Below, one piece after another: positions 40,726 through 51,589 of a stretch of DNA of 64,000 bases; the stretch's first letter is position 1; each line of letters starts with the position of its first letter. The notes beneath the pieces are model-generated. The model worked only from the letters and a program-made list of their open reading frames with translations, was not told the origin of the DNA and searched no databases. The stretch is from the NCBI GenBank assembly GCA_963834385.1, contig CAWIBO010000005.1:1-64000 (forward strand). Reading direction: 5' to 3'. The DNA is from an uncultured Verrucomicrobiae bacterium (GTDB lineage Bacteria; Verrucomicrobiota; Verrucomicrobiia; Chthoniobacterales; UBA10450). Both the position numbers and the translations under genes were made by a program.

Positions 40726-42219
40726 ATGACGAAGGGAACCGACAAGAACCAGCTCGTGCGCGGGCTGGGGATGCTGGACGCGACCACGATCGTGGTCGGG
40801 TCGATGATCGGCTCCGGCATCTTCATTGTCTCGGCGGAATCAGCGCGACTGGTTGGCTCGCCCGGCTGGCTGATTGCGGCCTGGGTCCTCGCCGGCGTTT
40901 TGACCATTACCGGCGCGCTTTGTTGCGCCGAGCTGGCGGCCATGATGCCGAAAGCGGGCGGCCAGTACGTTTTCCTGAGCGAAGCCTATAGCCCGCTCTA
41001 CGGTTTTCTTTTCGGCTGGGCCATTTTCCTTGTCATTCAGACGGGCACGATCGCCGCGGTTGCGGTGGCCTTCGCAAAGTTTCTCGGCGTCCTCGTGCCT
41101 TCGGTGGCGACGAATAACTTTTTGGTCGCGCCCATTCATCTCGGCGGCGGCTACGCCATCAGTCTCTCCTCCGAGCAACTGGTGGCAGTCCTGCTCATTG
41201 TTCTCCTGACCTGGACGAACACCCGCGGCCTCCAATTGGGCAAACTGGTGCAGAACGTCTTCACCTTCGCCAAGACCGCCGCGCTTGTCGGGTTGATCGT
41301 GCTCGGCCTGGTCCTCGGCTGGAGCGCGACCAGCGCCGCCCGCTCCGCGGACTGGTGGAACCCGGTCGCGAATGGCTGGGACCCGCAAACGGCGCAACCC
41401 GGTTTTGCCTTTGTCGGCCTGCTCGCCTTCGTCATGCTCCTGGGCAAAGCCATGGTCGGGCCGCTCTTTGCGCAGTCGGCCTGGAACAATGTCACCTTCA
41501 CCGGGAGCGAGGTGCGCGATCCCGGACGAACGCTGCCGCGGGCGCTTCTGCTCGGCTGCGCCATCGTGGTCGTGCTCTATGTCTCGGCCAATCTCGCCTA
41601 CGTGGCCACCCTCTCCCTCCCCGAGATCCAGGGGGCGCCCCAGAATCGCGTGGCGGTCGCGGCCATGGAAAAATTGATCGGGCCTGCCGGCACCATCCTG
41701 ATGGCGATTGCGATTATGGTCTCGACTTTTGGATGCAACAACGGGCTGATCCTGGCGGGCGCGCGCGTTTCCTTTGCCATGGCCCGCGACGGACTCTTCT
41801 TCGCTGCCGCCGGAACGGTGAACCGGAAGCATGCGCCCGCGGTGGCGCTGGCCGCGCAGGGCGTCTGGGCCTCGCTCCTTACCCTCCCGCGCACGGTGGT
41901 GACCGCGGCCGACGGCACCGTGACCTACGGAAACGTCTACACGCAGCTTCTGGAATACATCATTGCGGTGGACCTGGTTTTCTACGTGCTGATGGTGGCG
42001 GCCGTGATCGCGTTGCGGTGGAAACGCCCGGAAGCGGAGCGGCCGTATCGCACCTGGGGTTATCCAGTCGTCCCAATCATCTACATCGTCATCGCCACTC
42101 TCCTGATTCTGGATCTGGCCTATCTGGCGCCAACGACCGCCGGGATCGGCTTTGCCATCGTGCTAACCGGCGTGCCGGTCTATTTCGCCTGGCGAAAAAA
42201 GGCCAGGGCGAAGCCCTGA
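40726..42219 (+). CDS. APC family amino acid permease
   Basis: GSMIGSGIF, P.AGGQY, RPYRTWGYP; about 12 TM. Confidence 0.93.
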   Translation: MTKGTDKNQLVRGLGMLDATTIVVGSMIGSGIFIVSAESARLVGSPGWLIAAWVLAGVLTITGALCCAELAAMMPKAGGQYVFLSEAYSPLYGFLFGWAIFLVIQTGTIAAVAVAFAKFLGVLVPSVATNNFLVAPIHLGGGYAISLSSEQLVAVLLIVLLTWTNTRGLQLGKLVQNVFTFAKTAALVGLIVLGLVLGWSATSAARSADWWNPVANGWDPQTAQPGFAFVGLLAFVMLLGKAMVGPLFAQSAWNNVTFTGSEVRDPGRTLPRALLLGCAIVVVLYVSANLAYVATLSLPEIQGAPQNRVAVAAMEKLIGPAGTILMAIAIMVSTFGCNNGLILAGARVSFAMARDGLFFAAAGTVNRKHAPAVALAAQGVWASLLTLPRTVVTAADGTVTYGNVYTQLLEYIIAVDLVFYVLMVAAVIALRWKRPEAERPYRTWGYPVVPIIYIVIATLLILDLAYLAPTTAGIGFAIVLTGVPVYFAWRKKARAKP

Positions 42220-42273
42220 CGCCCGGTAGCGGCGAACTCTGACCGCCGCGGAAAGCCGGATTTCCGGCGCAGT

Positions 42274-42398
42274 TCCCGGGTAGGGTGGGCATCCTGCCCG
42301 CCGAGCGCCGCATCCCTGCGGCGCGGTCTTTCGCGCAGAGGAAGTGCGTTCAGGCGAGACGCCTGAACCGGCGGGCGAGACGCCCACCCTACCCGGGA
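42274..42398. repeat. REPIN-like inverted pair of GTAG-type REPs
   Basis: Arms 42274-42303 and 42369-42398 are near reverse complements. Confidence 0.85.
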
Positions 42399-42425
42399 GA
42401 AAAAACCGGCCTCGTAGGATTGCGG

Positions 42426-44762
42426 CTATCCGCGGCGGGCGAGCAGCTTGTCGCGGCCCACCAGATAAAGCAGCGCGGACAGGACGAGGAAAGGAATCAT
42501 GGCCAGCGCGCTGGCATACGGCCCGTTGAAGAACGGATTGTTCGCGGTTGACCATTCTTCCACCCGGCGGCTGAAGAGCGCGAGAGTCGGGACGCCCGCC
42601 ATGAATGCGATCACGATCCCGGCCAGCGCTCCTCCCGCAATGTAACCGGAGGCGAGGAGAACCCCGGGGCTCTTGTCGCCTTCCGCCACCAGTTGTTCCT
42701 CGGTCAGGTCGTGCCCGCGGAATTTTTCGCGGCGCAAATAACGATCGACCAGTCCGCGGATCAGGCCGCCGGCGAGGATGGGGGTGGAAGAGGAGATGGG
42801 CAGGTAAACGCCCACGGCGAACGCGAGGGAGGGAATGCCGCTCATCTCGAGGATGACGGCAATCATGACGCCGAGAAGCACCAGGCCCCAGGGAAGTTCG
42901 CGGCTCAGGATGCCCTTGATGATGTAGGACATGAGGGTGGCCTTGGGCGCGTCGAATTTTTCCACTGCGCTTCCATCTGGCCGGGTCTGGTAGGTGCCGT
43001 TGATGCCGGGATCGACCAGGTAAACCGGGCGGCCGCTGTCGTCGACGAGGAGGCGCTGGGCCGAACCGCCCGAGGCGGGATGGTGATAGAAACCGCGGTA
43101 GGTCGCGTTGTCGTCAGCGGCCTGCGGACCTTTCAAGGTTTCCGGCGGGCCAAGCTGGGCGGGATCGACCCGGAGATCGGCCGGGATGGAGGAGAGTCCG
43201 GCCACCGGGACATAAACCGTGGAAGCGTCATTCAATTTCAGGAGGATGGGGCCAAGCATCAGGGCGGATGCGAGCGCGCCGATGAGGATGGCGATCTGCT
43301 GCGAACGCGGGGTGGCGCCGACGAGGAAGCCGGTCTTGAGGTCCTGCGAGGTGGTGCCGCCGTTGGAAGAGGCGATGCAGACGATGCCGCCGATGGAAAG
43401 GGCGGTGACGAAATAGTTCGGGCCGGTCCAGCCCACGAGAAGGAAGACGAGGCAGGTCAGGAGGAGAGTGGCCACGGTCATGCCGGAGATGGGGTTGGAG
43501 ATGGAACCGATCTCACCGGTCAGGCGCGACGAGACCGTGACAAAGAGAAAGCCGAAGGCGACCACGAGGAACGCCCCGAGGAAATTCCAGTGCAAGCCGA
43601 GCTGCGGCATCGACATCATGATCGCCGATGAGGGCGAGGCAGCCGATCACCACCACTTTCATGGAAAGGTCGCGGTCGGTCCGCGGCGTGTCGGCCTTCG
43701 TCTGCATGGGAGCCCCGCAAATCGCGCAGACCGCCACGGAGCCCGTGCCAGATGGTGGGAAGCGAACGGAAAAGGCTGATGATGCCGCCGGCGGCCACGG
43801 CGCCCGCGCCGATGTAGAGGACGTAGGCGCCGCGGATGTCGTTCGGTCCCATCTCGCTGATCGGCATGGTGCCGGGAGGGACGACGCCGACGACCCGTTC
43901 GCCAAAATATTTGATCATCGGGATGAGGACGAGATAGGCGAGCACGCCGCCCGCGCACATGATGGAGGCGATGCGGGGCCCGATGATGTAACCGACGCCG
44001 AGAAGCGCGGGCGACGCCTCGATCGCGACGGAACCGGCGGTGTAAGGCGCGCCGAAAACTTTTTCCGGGGTGTCTTTCCAGGCCTTGAACGCGCCCATGG
44101 CGCTTTGGTAAAGCAGGCCGATCCCGAACCCGGTGAAGATGGTTTTGCCGCCGCCGCTGATTTCTTTCGTGTCGGCCGCGGCCGGCGCTTCCTCCCGCCC
44201 TTCCGGATCGTGCGCGGCAGCCGCCTTGAGCACCTCGGCGCAGGCCGTCCCTTCGGGATATTTGAGCAGCGCCATGCTGTTCGACAATGAGCGCCCGGCG
44301 CAGCGGCACCATCATGAGGATGCCGAGCAGGCCACCCAGCACCGCCACCAGCATGACCCGGGTAAACTCGAGGTCGAAGCCAAGGATCATGATCGCGGGC
44401 ATGGTCACGCCCACGCCGAAAGCGATCGATTCACCGGCAGACCCGGCCGTCTGGGCGATGTTGTTCTCGAGGATGGTGGCATCGCGGCGCAGGCGCAGCT
44501 TGGAGAAGAGCCGGAAAAGAGTGATGGAAATCACCGCCACGGGAATGGAGGCGCTCACGGTCAGGCCGACCTTGAGGACGAGGTAAAGCGAGGAGGCGCC
44601 GAAGATCATCCCGAGCAGCGTCCCGACAATGACCGGCACCGGGGTCAGCTCGGCGACCCGGCGTCCGGCCGGGATAAAGGGCTTGAAGACGGCGAGGAAA
44701 GGGTTGGACGGCTTGGACCCGACGCGATCGGGATATTCGAAGGGTGGGTTGGTGGGGTTCAC
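42426..44762 (-). CDS. OPT family oligopeptide transporter (three apparent frameshifts, near 44270, 43705 and 43625)
   Basis: [49 protein letters not shown] spread over four ORFs. Confidence 0.88.
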
Positions 44763-44890
44763 GTGCTTCTTCTTCGTGGGAAGGGCGCATCTTGCGCTGG
44801 TCTGACGGAGGATTGCAATCCCCGCCCGAAAACGTTTTCATCGCATCCGCTCCGGCCGTAGCGTGCGAATCGACTGAGAAGGAAATATTT

Positions 44891-45334
44891 ATGACAGAAA
44901 GCAAACAGGGCGGAAAATTGGACAAGCTTATCGAGAGCCTGAACGGTGACCTGGCCCGCGAATACCAGGCCATCATCACCTATATTCAATACGCGGCCTC
45001 CGTCACCGGCCCCTACCGGCAGGAACTGAAACAGTTTTTCACCGCCGAGATACCGGACGAGACGATGCACGCGCAATTTCTGGCCGACAAGATTTCGGCC
45101 CTGGGCGGCGTGCCCGCGGTGGCGCCGGAGAAGGTGGAGCAGGAGACCGACACCAAGAAGATGTTGGAGAACGTGGCGAAAGCCGAGCGCGCGGCGCGGG
45201 ACAACTATTCCCGGCGCGCGGAAGAGGCCAAGGAAGCCGGCGAACTCGCCCTCGGCACCCGCCTCGAGTCGATGGCCGAGGACGAATCGGGGCACCTCGA
45301 CGAGACGTTGAAGATCCTGCACGGCTGGCGTTAG
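44891..45334 (+). CDS. Ferritin-like/bacterioferritin domain protein
   Basis: LN.DLAREYQAII.Y, DE..HA, E, DE..H ferroxidase ligands. Confidence 0.9.
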   Translation: MTESKQGGKLDKLIESLNGDLAREYQAIITYIQYAASVTGPYRQELKQFFTAEIPDETMHAQFLADKISALGGVPAVAPEKVEQETDTKKMLENVAKAERAARDNYSRRAEEAKEAGELALGTRLESMAEDESGHLDETLKILHGWR

Positions 45335-45351
45335 ACAGACCCGCGGGAAAC

Positions 45352-45816
45352 ATGCCCGGGTTCCGCATTTCCGAGGTCAATCACACCGGGATCACGGTCT
45401 CCAATCTCGAGCGTGCGCTCGCTTTCTGGCGGGATGTGCTCGGGTTCGAGCTTTCGCATCGGCCGCACCAGACCGGATCGCTGGCGAGTGAGATCACCGG
45501 TGTGCCAGGGGCGGAGATTGCCATCGCGGTTCTGAAGGGCGGCGGACACCGGATCGAGTTGCTCGAATATCTCGCCCCGCCGGAGCGGAAGCATTACCGA
45601 CCCCGCCCATGCGATGTCGGCTCGGTCCATGTCGCCCTCGTGGTGGACAATCTCGACGCCCTCCTGGCCACCATCGCCGCCGCCGGCTGGCAGGCCGCGG
45701 GGCAACCCCAAACCCTGGCGGCCGGGCCCAACGCCGGGCGGCGGGTCGTCTATGTGCGCGACCCCGACGGGACCACGATCGAATTCATGGAGCTGCCGCC
45801 CGAGCCGACGGATTGA
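45352..45816 (+). CDS. VOC (glyoxalase) family protein
   Basis: NHTGITVSNL, IELLEY, HVAL, RDPDG..IE. Confidence 0.92.
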   Translation: MPGFRISEVNHTGITVSNLERALAFWRDVLGFELSHRPHQTGSLASEITGVPGAEIAIAVLKGGGHRIELLEYLAPPERKHYRPRPCDVGSVHVALVVDNLDALLATIAAAGWQAAGQPQTLAAGPNAGRRVVYVRDPDGTTIEFMELPPEPTD

Positions 45817-45870
45817 TGTTCCGCCGGCGGCGGATTGTTTCTTTCCTCCGTTCCTGATTCATTCTTCTCC

Positions 45871-47151
45871 ATGGCTGCGCCGCTCACCGATTCGTTTTCC
45901 GCCGAGGAAGAGTTCGCCCGGGAACAGGATCGCGTGGATCCGCTCCGCGCTTTCCGCGAACGTTTCCATCTGCCGTCGGGCGAGAATGGCCAGCCGCTGA
46001 TTTATTTCGTCGGCAATTCCCTCGGGCTGATGCCGAAAACGACGCGGGCCGAGGTGGAACAGGAACTGGAGGATTGGGCCAGGCTCGGGGTCGACGGTCA
46101 TCTGCAGGCGACCACGCCCTGGTATTCCTCGCACGAGACGGTCCGGGAGCCGCTGGCCCGGCTGGCGGGCGCGAAGCCGGCGGAGGTCGTGGCCATGAAC
46201 ACGCTCACGGTCAATCTCCACCTGCTCATGGCCACGTTTTACCGGCCAACGAAAGAGCGCTGGAAGATCCTGATGGAGGAGCCGGCGTTCCCTTCCGACA
46301 CCTACGCGGTCAAATCGCAACTGCGGCATCACGGTTTTGATGAGGAGACCGGCGTGGTCATTGCGCGGTCGGAAGGGGGACAAATTGAGACCGGCGTGTT
46401 CGAGGAGTTGCTGGAACGGCAGGGATCCGAGATCGCGCTTGTTCTGCTGGGAGGCGTCAATTTTTTCACGGGACAATTCTTCGACGTCCCGCGGATCACG
46501 GCAGCGGCCCAACGGCAGGGCTGCGTCGTGGGCGTGGACCTGGCCCACGCCATCGGCAACGTCCCGCTGGCGTTGCACGATTGGAACGTCGATTTCGCCG
46601 CCTGGTGTTCCTACAAGTATCTCAACTCGGGGCCGGGCGCGGTGGCGGGCGCCTTCATCCACGAACGGCATGCGACCAACCGCGAGCTGCCCCGGCTGGC
46701 CGGCTGGTGGGGGAACGACCCGGCGACGCGGTTTCGCATGCAGCTCGAGCCGGAATTCATCCCGGTCGCCTCGGCTGACGCCTGGGCCGTGAGCAATCCG
46801 CCGATCTTCTCGCTCGCGCCCCTGCGTTCCTCCCTGGCCATCTTCGATGCAGCCGGGGGGATGAAAGCGCTCCGCGAAAAATCGGAGAAGCTGACCGGCT
46901 ACCTTCAGTTCCTGCTCGAGCAGGGAGGGGCGACGAATTACGAGGTGATCACGCCGCGCGCGGCAGAGGCGCGCGGGGCCCAGCTCTCCATCGTGGCCCG
47001 GGAACGGCCGCGCGAGTTGTTCGAGGAACTGGAACGAGCCGGGGTCCGCTGCGATTTTCGCGAGCCAAACGTGATCCGGGTGGCGCCCGCGCCGCTCTAC
47101 AACACCTTTCACGAGGTCTGGCGTTTCGCCCGGATCCTCGCCCAACACTGA
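45871..47151 (+). CDS. kynU: Kynureninase
   Basis: YF.GNSLGL, MNTLTVNLH, DLAHAIGN, CSYKYLNSGPG. Confidence 0.96.
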   Translation: MAAPLTDSFSAEEEFAREQDRVDPLRAFRERFHLPSGENGQPLIYFVGNSLGLMPKTTRAEVEQELEDWARLGVDGHLQATTPWYSSHETVREPLARLAGAKPAEVVAMNTLTVNLHLLMATFYRPTKERWKILMEEPAFPSDTYAVKSQLRHHGFDEETGVVIARSEGGQIETGVFEELLERQGSEIALVLLGGVNFFTGQFFDVPRITAAAQRQGCVVGVDLAHAIGNVPLALHDWNVDFAAWCSYKYLNSGPGAVAGAFIHERHATNRELPRLAGWWGNDPATRFRMQLEPEFIPVASADAWAVSNPPIFSLAPLRSSLAIFDAAGGMKALREKSEKLTGYLQFLLEQGGATNYEVITPRAAEARGAQLSIVARERPRELFEELERAGVRCDFREPNVIRVAPAPLYNTFHEVWRFARILAQH

Positions 47152-47158
47152 AAAACCT

Positions 47159-47692
47159 TCAGCGCGGACGGCAAAGCTTGTCGGCCAGCTTCTCGGCTTT
47201 CTCGTTGCCTTCCCTGGCGGAGAGGCTTCCCACCACGCGTGAACCGGCGCCGTCGAGCTTGATGATGATAAAGGTTTCCAGCCGCGTTTGCTTGGCGTCA
47301 TCCGCGCTCGACATCATCCGGTAGATGATCCCGTAGGGGGCAAAACCGGTGGCGGTGCGATAGCCGCGCCATTGCACCACGTTGTTCGCTTTCGCCGGGA
47401 ACTGGCCGGGGCAGCGCGAGAGCGTGTCACTCATCAGGTCGGTCTTTTTTCGTGCGTAAACGAGGTTGATCCAGCTCCGGAGATCGCCGCCCTCGTGGAT
47501 CACTTTGTAGCCGCCGAGCCCGGGAAAATGATGTTCGAACCCATCAATCTCGGCCTCGGGATCCTTCGCGGAATCGTAGACCACCTTTGCCTTCTTCGGA
47601 TCGGTGGTGGTGAACTCGGAGGCCGGTTTCTGGGCCAGGGAGACCACGGCGGAAAGCAGGACAAGCACGCTGGTGGAGAGGAACGGCTTCAT
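47159..47692 (-). CDS. Secreted hypothetical protein
   Basis: Signal peptide; GDLRSW and WRG motifs; two Cys. Confidence 0.75.
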   Translation of the reverse strand: MKPFLSTSVLVLLSAVVSLAQKPASEFTTTDPKKAKVVYDSAKDPEAEIDGFEHHFPGLGGYKVIHEGGDLRSWINLVYARKKTDLMSDTLSRCPGQFPAKANNVVQWRGYRTATGFAPYGIIYRMMSSADDAKQTRLETFIIIKLDGAGSRVVGSLSAREGNEKAEKLADKLCRPR

Positions 47693-47746
47693 GCCGGTGA
47701 TGTTCCCGGTTTACAAGGCCCGCGGCAATGCTCATCGTGCGGAATC

Positions 47747-48707
47747 GTGGTCACCGGTCGCTTCCTCTCTCTCGGCCTGCTCTTCCTTCTCGGTTTGGGC
47801 GGGGCGAACATGGTCCGGGCCGAGCGCGCCTGGGAAACGTTCGAGAATTGCGCCCTGGACCGGAACGATTCCAACGATGGCGACAGCTTCCACGTGGTCT
47901 GCGGAAAGAAGCGGCTTTATCTCCGCCTTTATTTTGTGGACTCGCCGGAAACCGACGGACGGTATCCCGACCGCGTCGCGGAGCAGGCCAGGGAGTTTGG
48001 TGTCACCTCGGCGGAAGCGATGGAGATCGGGAAGGCGGCCACGATGTTTACCCGGGAAAAACTCGGCGGGCCGTTCCGGGTCATCACTCGATTCGAGAAC
48101 GCGAAGGGGGGAAGCGATGATCGGCGGTCCTTTGCCTTTGTCCTGGGACCGTCGTGGGATCTGGCGGAGGAGCTCGTCGCGAACGGTCTCGCCCGGGTAT
48201 ACGGGAAGGAATCGGAAGCGCCGGGCATGCCGAGCACGCGCGCCTATTGGGCGAAAGCTGGAGCGGATAAGGAACTCAGCACGCGCGCAGAAACTCGGTG
48301 GCTGGGGGATCAAAAGCGGCCGGCTGGCGACGCGGGCCGGCGGTCGCGAACAATTTGATGGCGACGCTTTCGCCAATTTCTTTCGGCCGTCCGCGCGCGC
48401 CACGGGGACGGTCGCAGCCACGCCGGCCGCGGTCATGCAGCCGCGCACGAGCATTGCCGGGATCGGAAATGGCACCTCGGCACCGGCCTCCGCCGGCGAG
48501 ACGGGCCATGCGGCCGCGCCCTCGTCCGGTGGGCGGTTGAATCTGAACACCGCCACGGAGAAGGAGCTGGAAGCGTTGCCGGGCATCGGGCCGGAGCTCG
48601 CCAAAAGGATCGTGGCCGGCCGGCCCTATCGCCGGGTCGAGGAGCTGGGTCGCGTCAAGGGGATCGGCGTGGAGAGGGTGGAAAAGCTCCGCCCGTATTT
48701 CGAGTAG
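47747..48707 (+). CDS. Thermonuclease (SNase) fused to a ComEA helix-hairpin-helix domain (frameshift near 48255)
   Basis: DGDSF, RLYFVDSPE, LVANGLARVY in one frame; LNLNTAT..EL..LPGIG...VKGIG in the next. Confidence 0.82.
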
Positions 48708-48710
48708 GCC

Positions 48711-49715
48711 TTAGAAGATCGTGACGGGGGTGTTCACCGTCACCATCTCCTTGATCCGCGCGGCGTCCCAGTTGGCCGTGCGAATGCAACCGTGGCTCCC
48801 GGCGCGCCCGATCGTTTCCGGGTTGTTCGTCCCATGCACGCCGATGCCCGGTTTGTTCAGGCCCATCCAGAGCACACCCACCGGGTTGTTCGGCCCTGGC
48901 GGGATGTTGTGAAAATCCTTGGTGCGCACGCCGTGATTGAGCACGCCCTCGTCGTGCCGGAACCAGGGGAGGGTGGCGATGCCGAGAATCTTCCATTCGC
49001 CCTTGGGCGCCGGTAATGATTCCGAGCCGGGCGTGATCGGAAATTCCGCGATCAATTTGTCGCCTTCATGAATCTCGAGGAAGCGCTCCGTGGTATCGAT
49101 CCGGATGGAGCGGCCGGCCAGCGCGGGATTGGCGGGAATGAATCCCTCGGTCAGCTTCTCGATCTCGAACGGGCGCACATTTGGGACAATGACGGTGTCG
49201 CCGGGCTTGAGCGCGTCGAGGTTCGACTGCCCGTTCAGCTTGCGCAGAAAGTTCTCCGCAGCGTGGAACCGCTCGGCCGTGTACTCGAGCAGGGAGCCGT
49301 AGGGCAGGGCCTTGAGCTTTGCCTGTTCGCTCGGCTCGCCGGGCGAAGGCCCGACAAACTGGAGCGCTTCCTCCGGGATGACGAACTGTACGTAGGCGTG
49401 CGGCACTTCGCGGAGCAACTCCTGGTCGACCGCGCCGGTGAGCGGTTTCCCATGGGCGCGCTTGTAGGCGACGAGCGCTTTCCGGAAAAACTCGCCCATG
49501 CGGCCGTCGATCTTGCCCGGGCCGAAGCCGGCGTTATCGAGAAAGATCTGGAGCCGCACACTGGTTTCCTCGTCGTAATTCGGCAGGGCCACCAGGACCC
49601 GCGGGGTCGGGCGCGGGGTTGGCGCCACGGGCGCCAGCGGCACGGCCCGCCGGATTTCCTGCGCTCCCGCGCCGGTCGCGAGGAGCAGAAGCAGGGCGAA
49701 CGCAAGGCGGTACAT
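48711..49715 (-). CDS. L,D-transpeptidase (YkuD) with PG-binding domain
   Basis: GPGKIDG, PPGPNNPVG, HGT...SHGCIR. Confidence 0.93.
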   Translation of the reverse strand: MYRLAFALLLLLATGAGAQEIRRAVPLAPVAPTPRPTPRVLVALPNYDEETSVRLQIFLDNAGFGPGKIDGRMGEFFRKALVAYKRAHGKPLTGAVDQELLREVPHAYVQFVIPEEALQFVGPSPGEPSEQAKLKALPYGSLLEYTAERFHAAENFLRKLNGQSNLDALKPGDTVIVPNVRPFEIEKLTEGFIPANPALAGRSIRIDTTERFLEIHEGDKLIAEFPITPGSESLPAPKGEWKILGIATLPWFRHDEGVLNHGVRTKDFHNIPPGPNNPVGVLWMGLNKPGIGVHGTNNPETIGRAGSHGCIRTANWDAARIKEMVTVNTPVTIF

Positions 49716-49809
49716 CCACTTTCATCCACTGCCCGGGCGCGATGTGCAAATGCGCTGATCAAAAGTTGGGCCTGACTTCGGCGGCCGGACTCTGTTTAGT
49801 CGCGGGGAG

Positions 49810-50562
49810 ATGGCCCTGAGCACAGACAGCATTCTCGACGCCGCGGTGGGCATGATCCGGCGGCTGGCGCCCGGGCTCCGGGGCGATTTTCTCGATGTCG
49901 GGGCCGGGCACGGACGCCTGATCGAACGGGTGCGTGGGGAGTTCCCGGTCACGGCGCGGGCCTGCGATTACCGGGCGGACCTGATCACGCGCAAGGGCCT
50001 GGGCGAGGGGATCACGGTGGACGTGGTCAACCTGAACGAGAACAGGCTGCCTTATCCCGACGCTTCCTTCGACCTGGTCACCTGCACCGAGGTGATCGAG
50101 CATCTCGAGCAGTATCGCGGGCTCCTGCGCGAGGCTTTCCGGATCCTGAAACCGGGCGGGGTGTTCGTCCTGACCACGCCCAACATCCTCAACCTGAAAT
50201 CGCGCCTGCGCTTTCTTGGCTTCGGTTTCTTCAATCTCTTTGGACCGCTCCGCTTCGACGACGACGATATCGAGAACCCGAGCGGGCACATCAATCCGGT
50301 GGGTTATTTTTACATCGCGCACGCGCTCCGGAACGCCGGGTTCCGGACGATCCGGGCCGGGATCGACCGCCGCCAGCGCCTTTCCCTGGTGGCGCTGATA
50401 ATTCTCTGGCTGCCGCTGCGCCTGGTTTATCACGCCGCCCTGGCCAAGGAACGCCACCAATACCGCACCCTCACGCCGGAAAACCAGCCCTACGTCGAGG
50501 AAGCCAACAGCACCGACCTGCTCCTCGGACGAACCCTCGTGGTCGGCTGCCGCAAGGAATAA
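49810..50562 (+). CDS. Class I SAM-dependent methyltransferase
   Basis: LDVGAGHG, FDLVTCTEVIEH, LKPGG..VLTTPN. Confidence 0.9.
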   Translation: MALSTDSILDAAVGMIRRLAPGLRGDFLDVGAGHGRLIERVRGEFPVTARACDYRADLITRKGLGEGITVDVVNLNENRLPYPDASFDLVTCTEVIEHLEQYRGLLREAFRILKPGGVFVLTTPNILNLKSRLRFLGFGFFNLFGPLRFDDDDIENPSGHINPVGYFYIAHALRNAGFRTIRAGIDRRQRLSLVALIILWLPLRLVYHAALAKERHQYRTLTPENQPYVEEANSTDLLLGRTLVVGCRKE

Positions 50563-50582
50563 CGGCGTGGAGGGTGGTGTTT

Positions 50583-50875
50583 GGGACAGGATTAACAGGA
50601 TTTACAGGATGGATGGAGGAACAGCATCACCCTTCGAATCCTGTCAAATCCTGGTTCCTCCTCTGCGCCCTCAGCGTCTCTGCGGTGAACCTGCGGCCCG
50701 GCCTGCTCCCAGGCTCGACAGAGTCTCGCCCCACCGATATGCGCGCACCCCTGCCTTTCTCCTCAAATCCTGTTCAATCCTGTAAATCCTGTCCCCCCTC
50801 TGTGTCCTCTGCGCCCTCTGTGGTTAATTTCACCGGCCCGGCCTGCTCCCAGGCTCGACAGAGTCTCGCCCGACC
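50583..50875. repeat. Mosaic intergenic repeat: ACAGGATTW 9-mers and their inverse, CTCTGYGYC units, two REP copies
   Basis: Inverted arrays at 50583-50610 and 50766-50795; near-tandem duplication with ~140-bp period. Confidence 0.8.
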
Positions 50876-50920
50876 TTTCTTCCCTTTGCCTTTGCCGCGG
50901 AATTCCCTGAAATTGCCGGC

Positions 50921-51589
50921 ATGCTTACCTTCGGACTCACCCGAGACGCGGCCCAGGCGAAGCGGGACAATGTTCTCCTGGTCGATCATCCGCTGGCGGC
51001 GGCAAAGCTTACCGTGCTCCGTTCCAAGTGGACGGAGCCGCGGGAATTCCGGCGGAACCTGCACGAGCTGGCGCTGATCCTTTTCTGGGAAGCAACCCGG
51101 TCGTGGGCGGTTAACCCGGTGGAAGTGCAAACGCCGTTGCGCGAATGCAGCGGCTCCGTTCTCCAGCGCGAAGTGGTCCTTGTTCCCATTCTCCGCGCCG
51201 GCCTTGGCATGCTCGACGGCATCACCCGCGTGGTCTGCGACGCCACCATCGGACATCTCGGGATTTATCGCGACGAAATCACGCTCAAACCGGTCAGCTA
51301 TTTCACCCGCCTGCCGGAATCGCTCGCGGACGCCGAGGTGGTGCTGCTCGACCCGATGCTGGCCACCGGCAACAGCGCGGTGGCGGCGGTGGAATCACTC
51401 AAGGTGCGCGGGGCGCAGTCGATCCAGCTTCTTTCCGTCGTGAGCTGCGGGCCGGGCCTCGACCAGTTGCATGACACCCATCCCGACGTCCGGGTGGTGA
51501 CGTCGGCGATTGATCCCGAGCTGGACGACCGTGGATACATCGTGCCGGGCCTCGGCGATGCGGGCGACCGTTACTTCGGCGTGGTCTGA
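50921..51589 (+). CDS. upp: Uracil phosphoribosyltransferase
   Basis: VPILRAG, DPMLATG, YIVPGLGDAGDR. Confidence 0.97.
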   Translation: MLTFGLTRDAAQAKRDNVLLVDHPLAAAKLTVLRSKWTEPREFRRNLHELALILFWEATRSWAVNPVEVQTPLRECSGSVLQREVVLVPILRAGLGMLDGITRVVCDATIGHLGIYRDEITLKPVSYFTRLPESLADAEVVLLDPMLATGNSAVAAVESLKVRGAQSIQLLSVVSCGPGLDQLHDTHPDVRVVTSAIDPELDDRGYIVPGLGDAGDRYFGVV

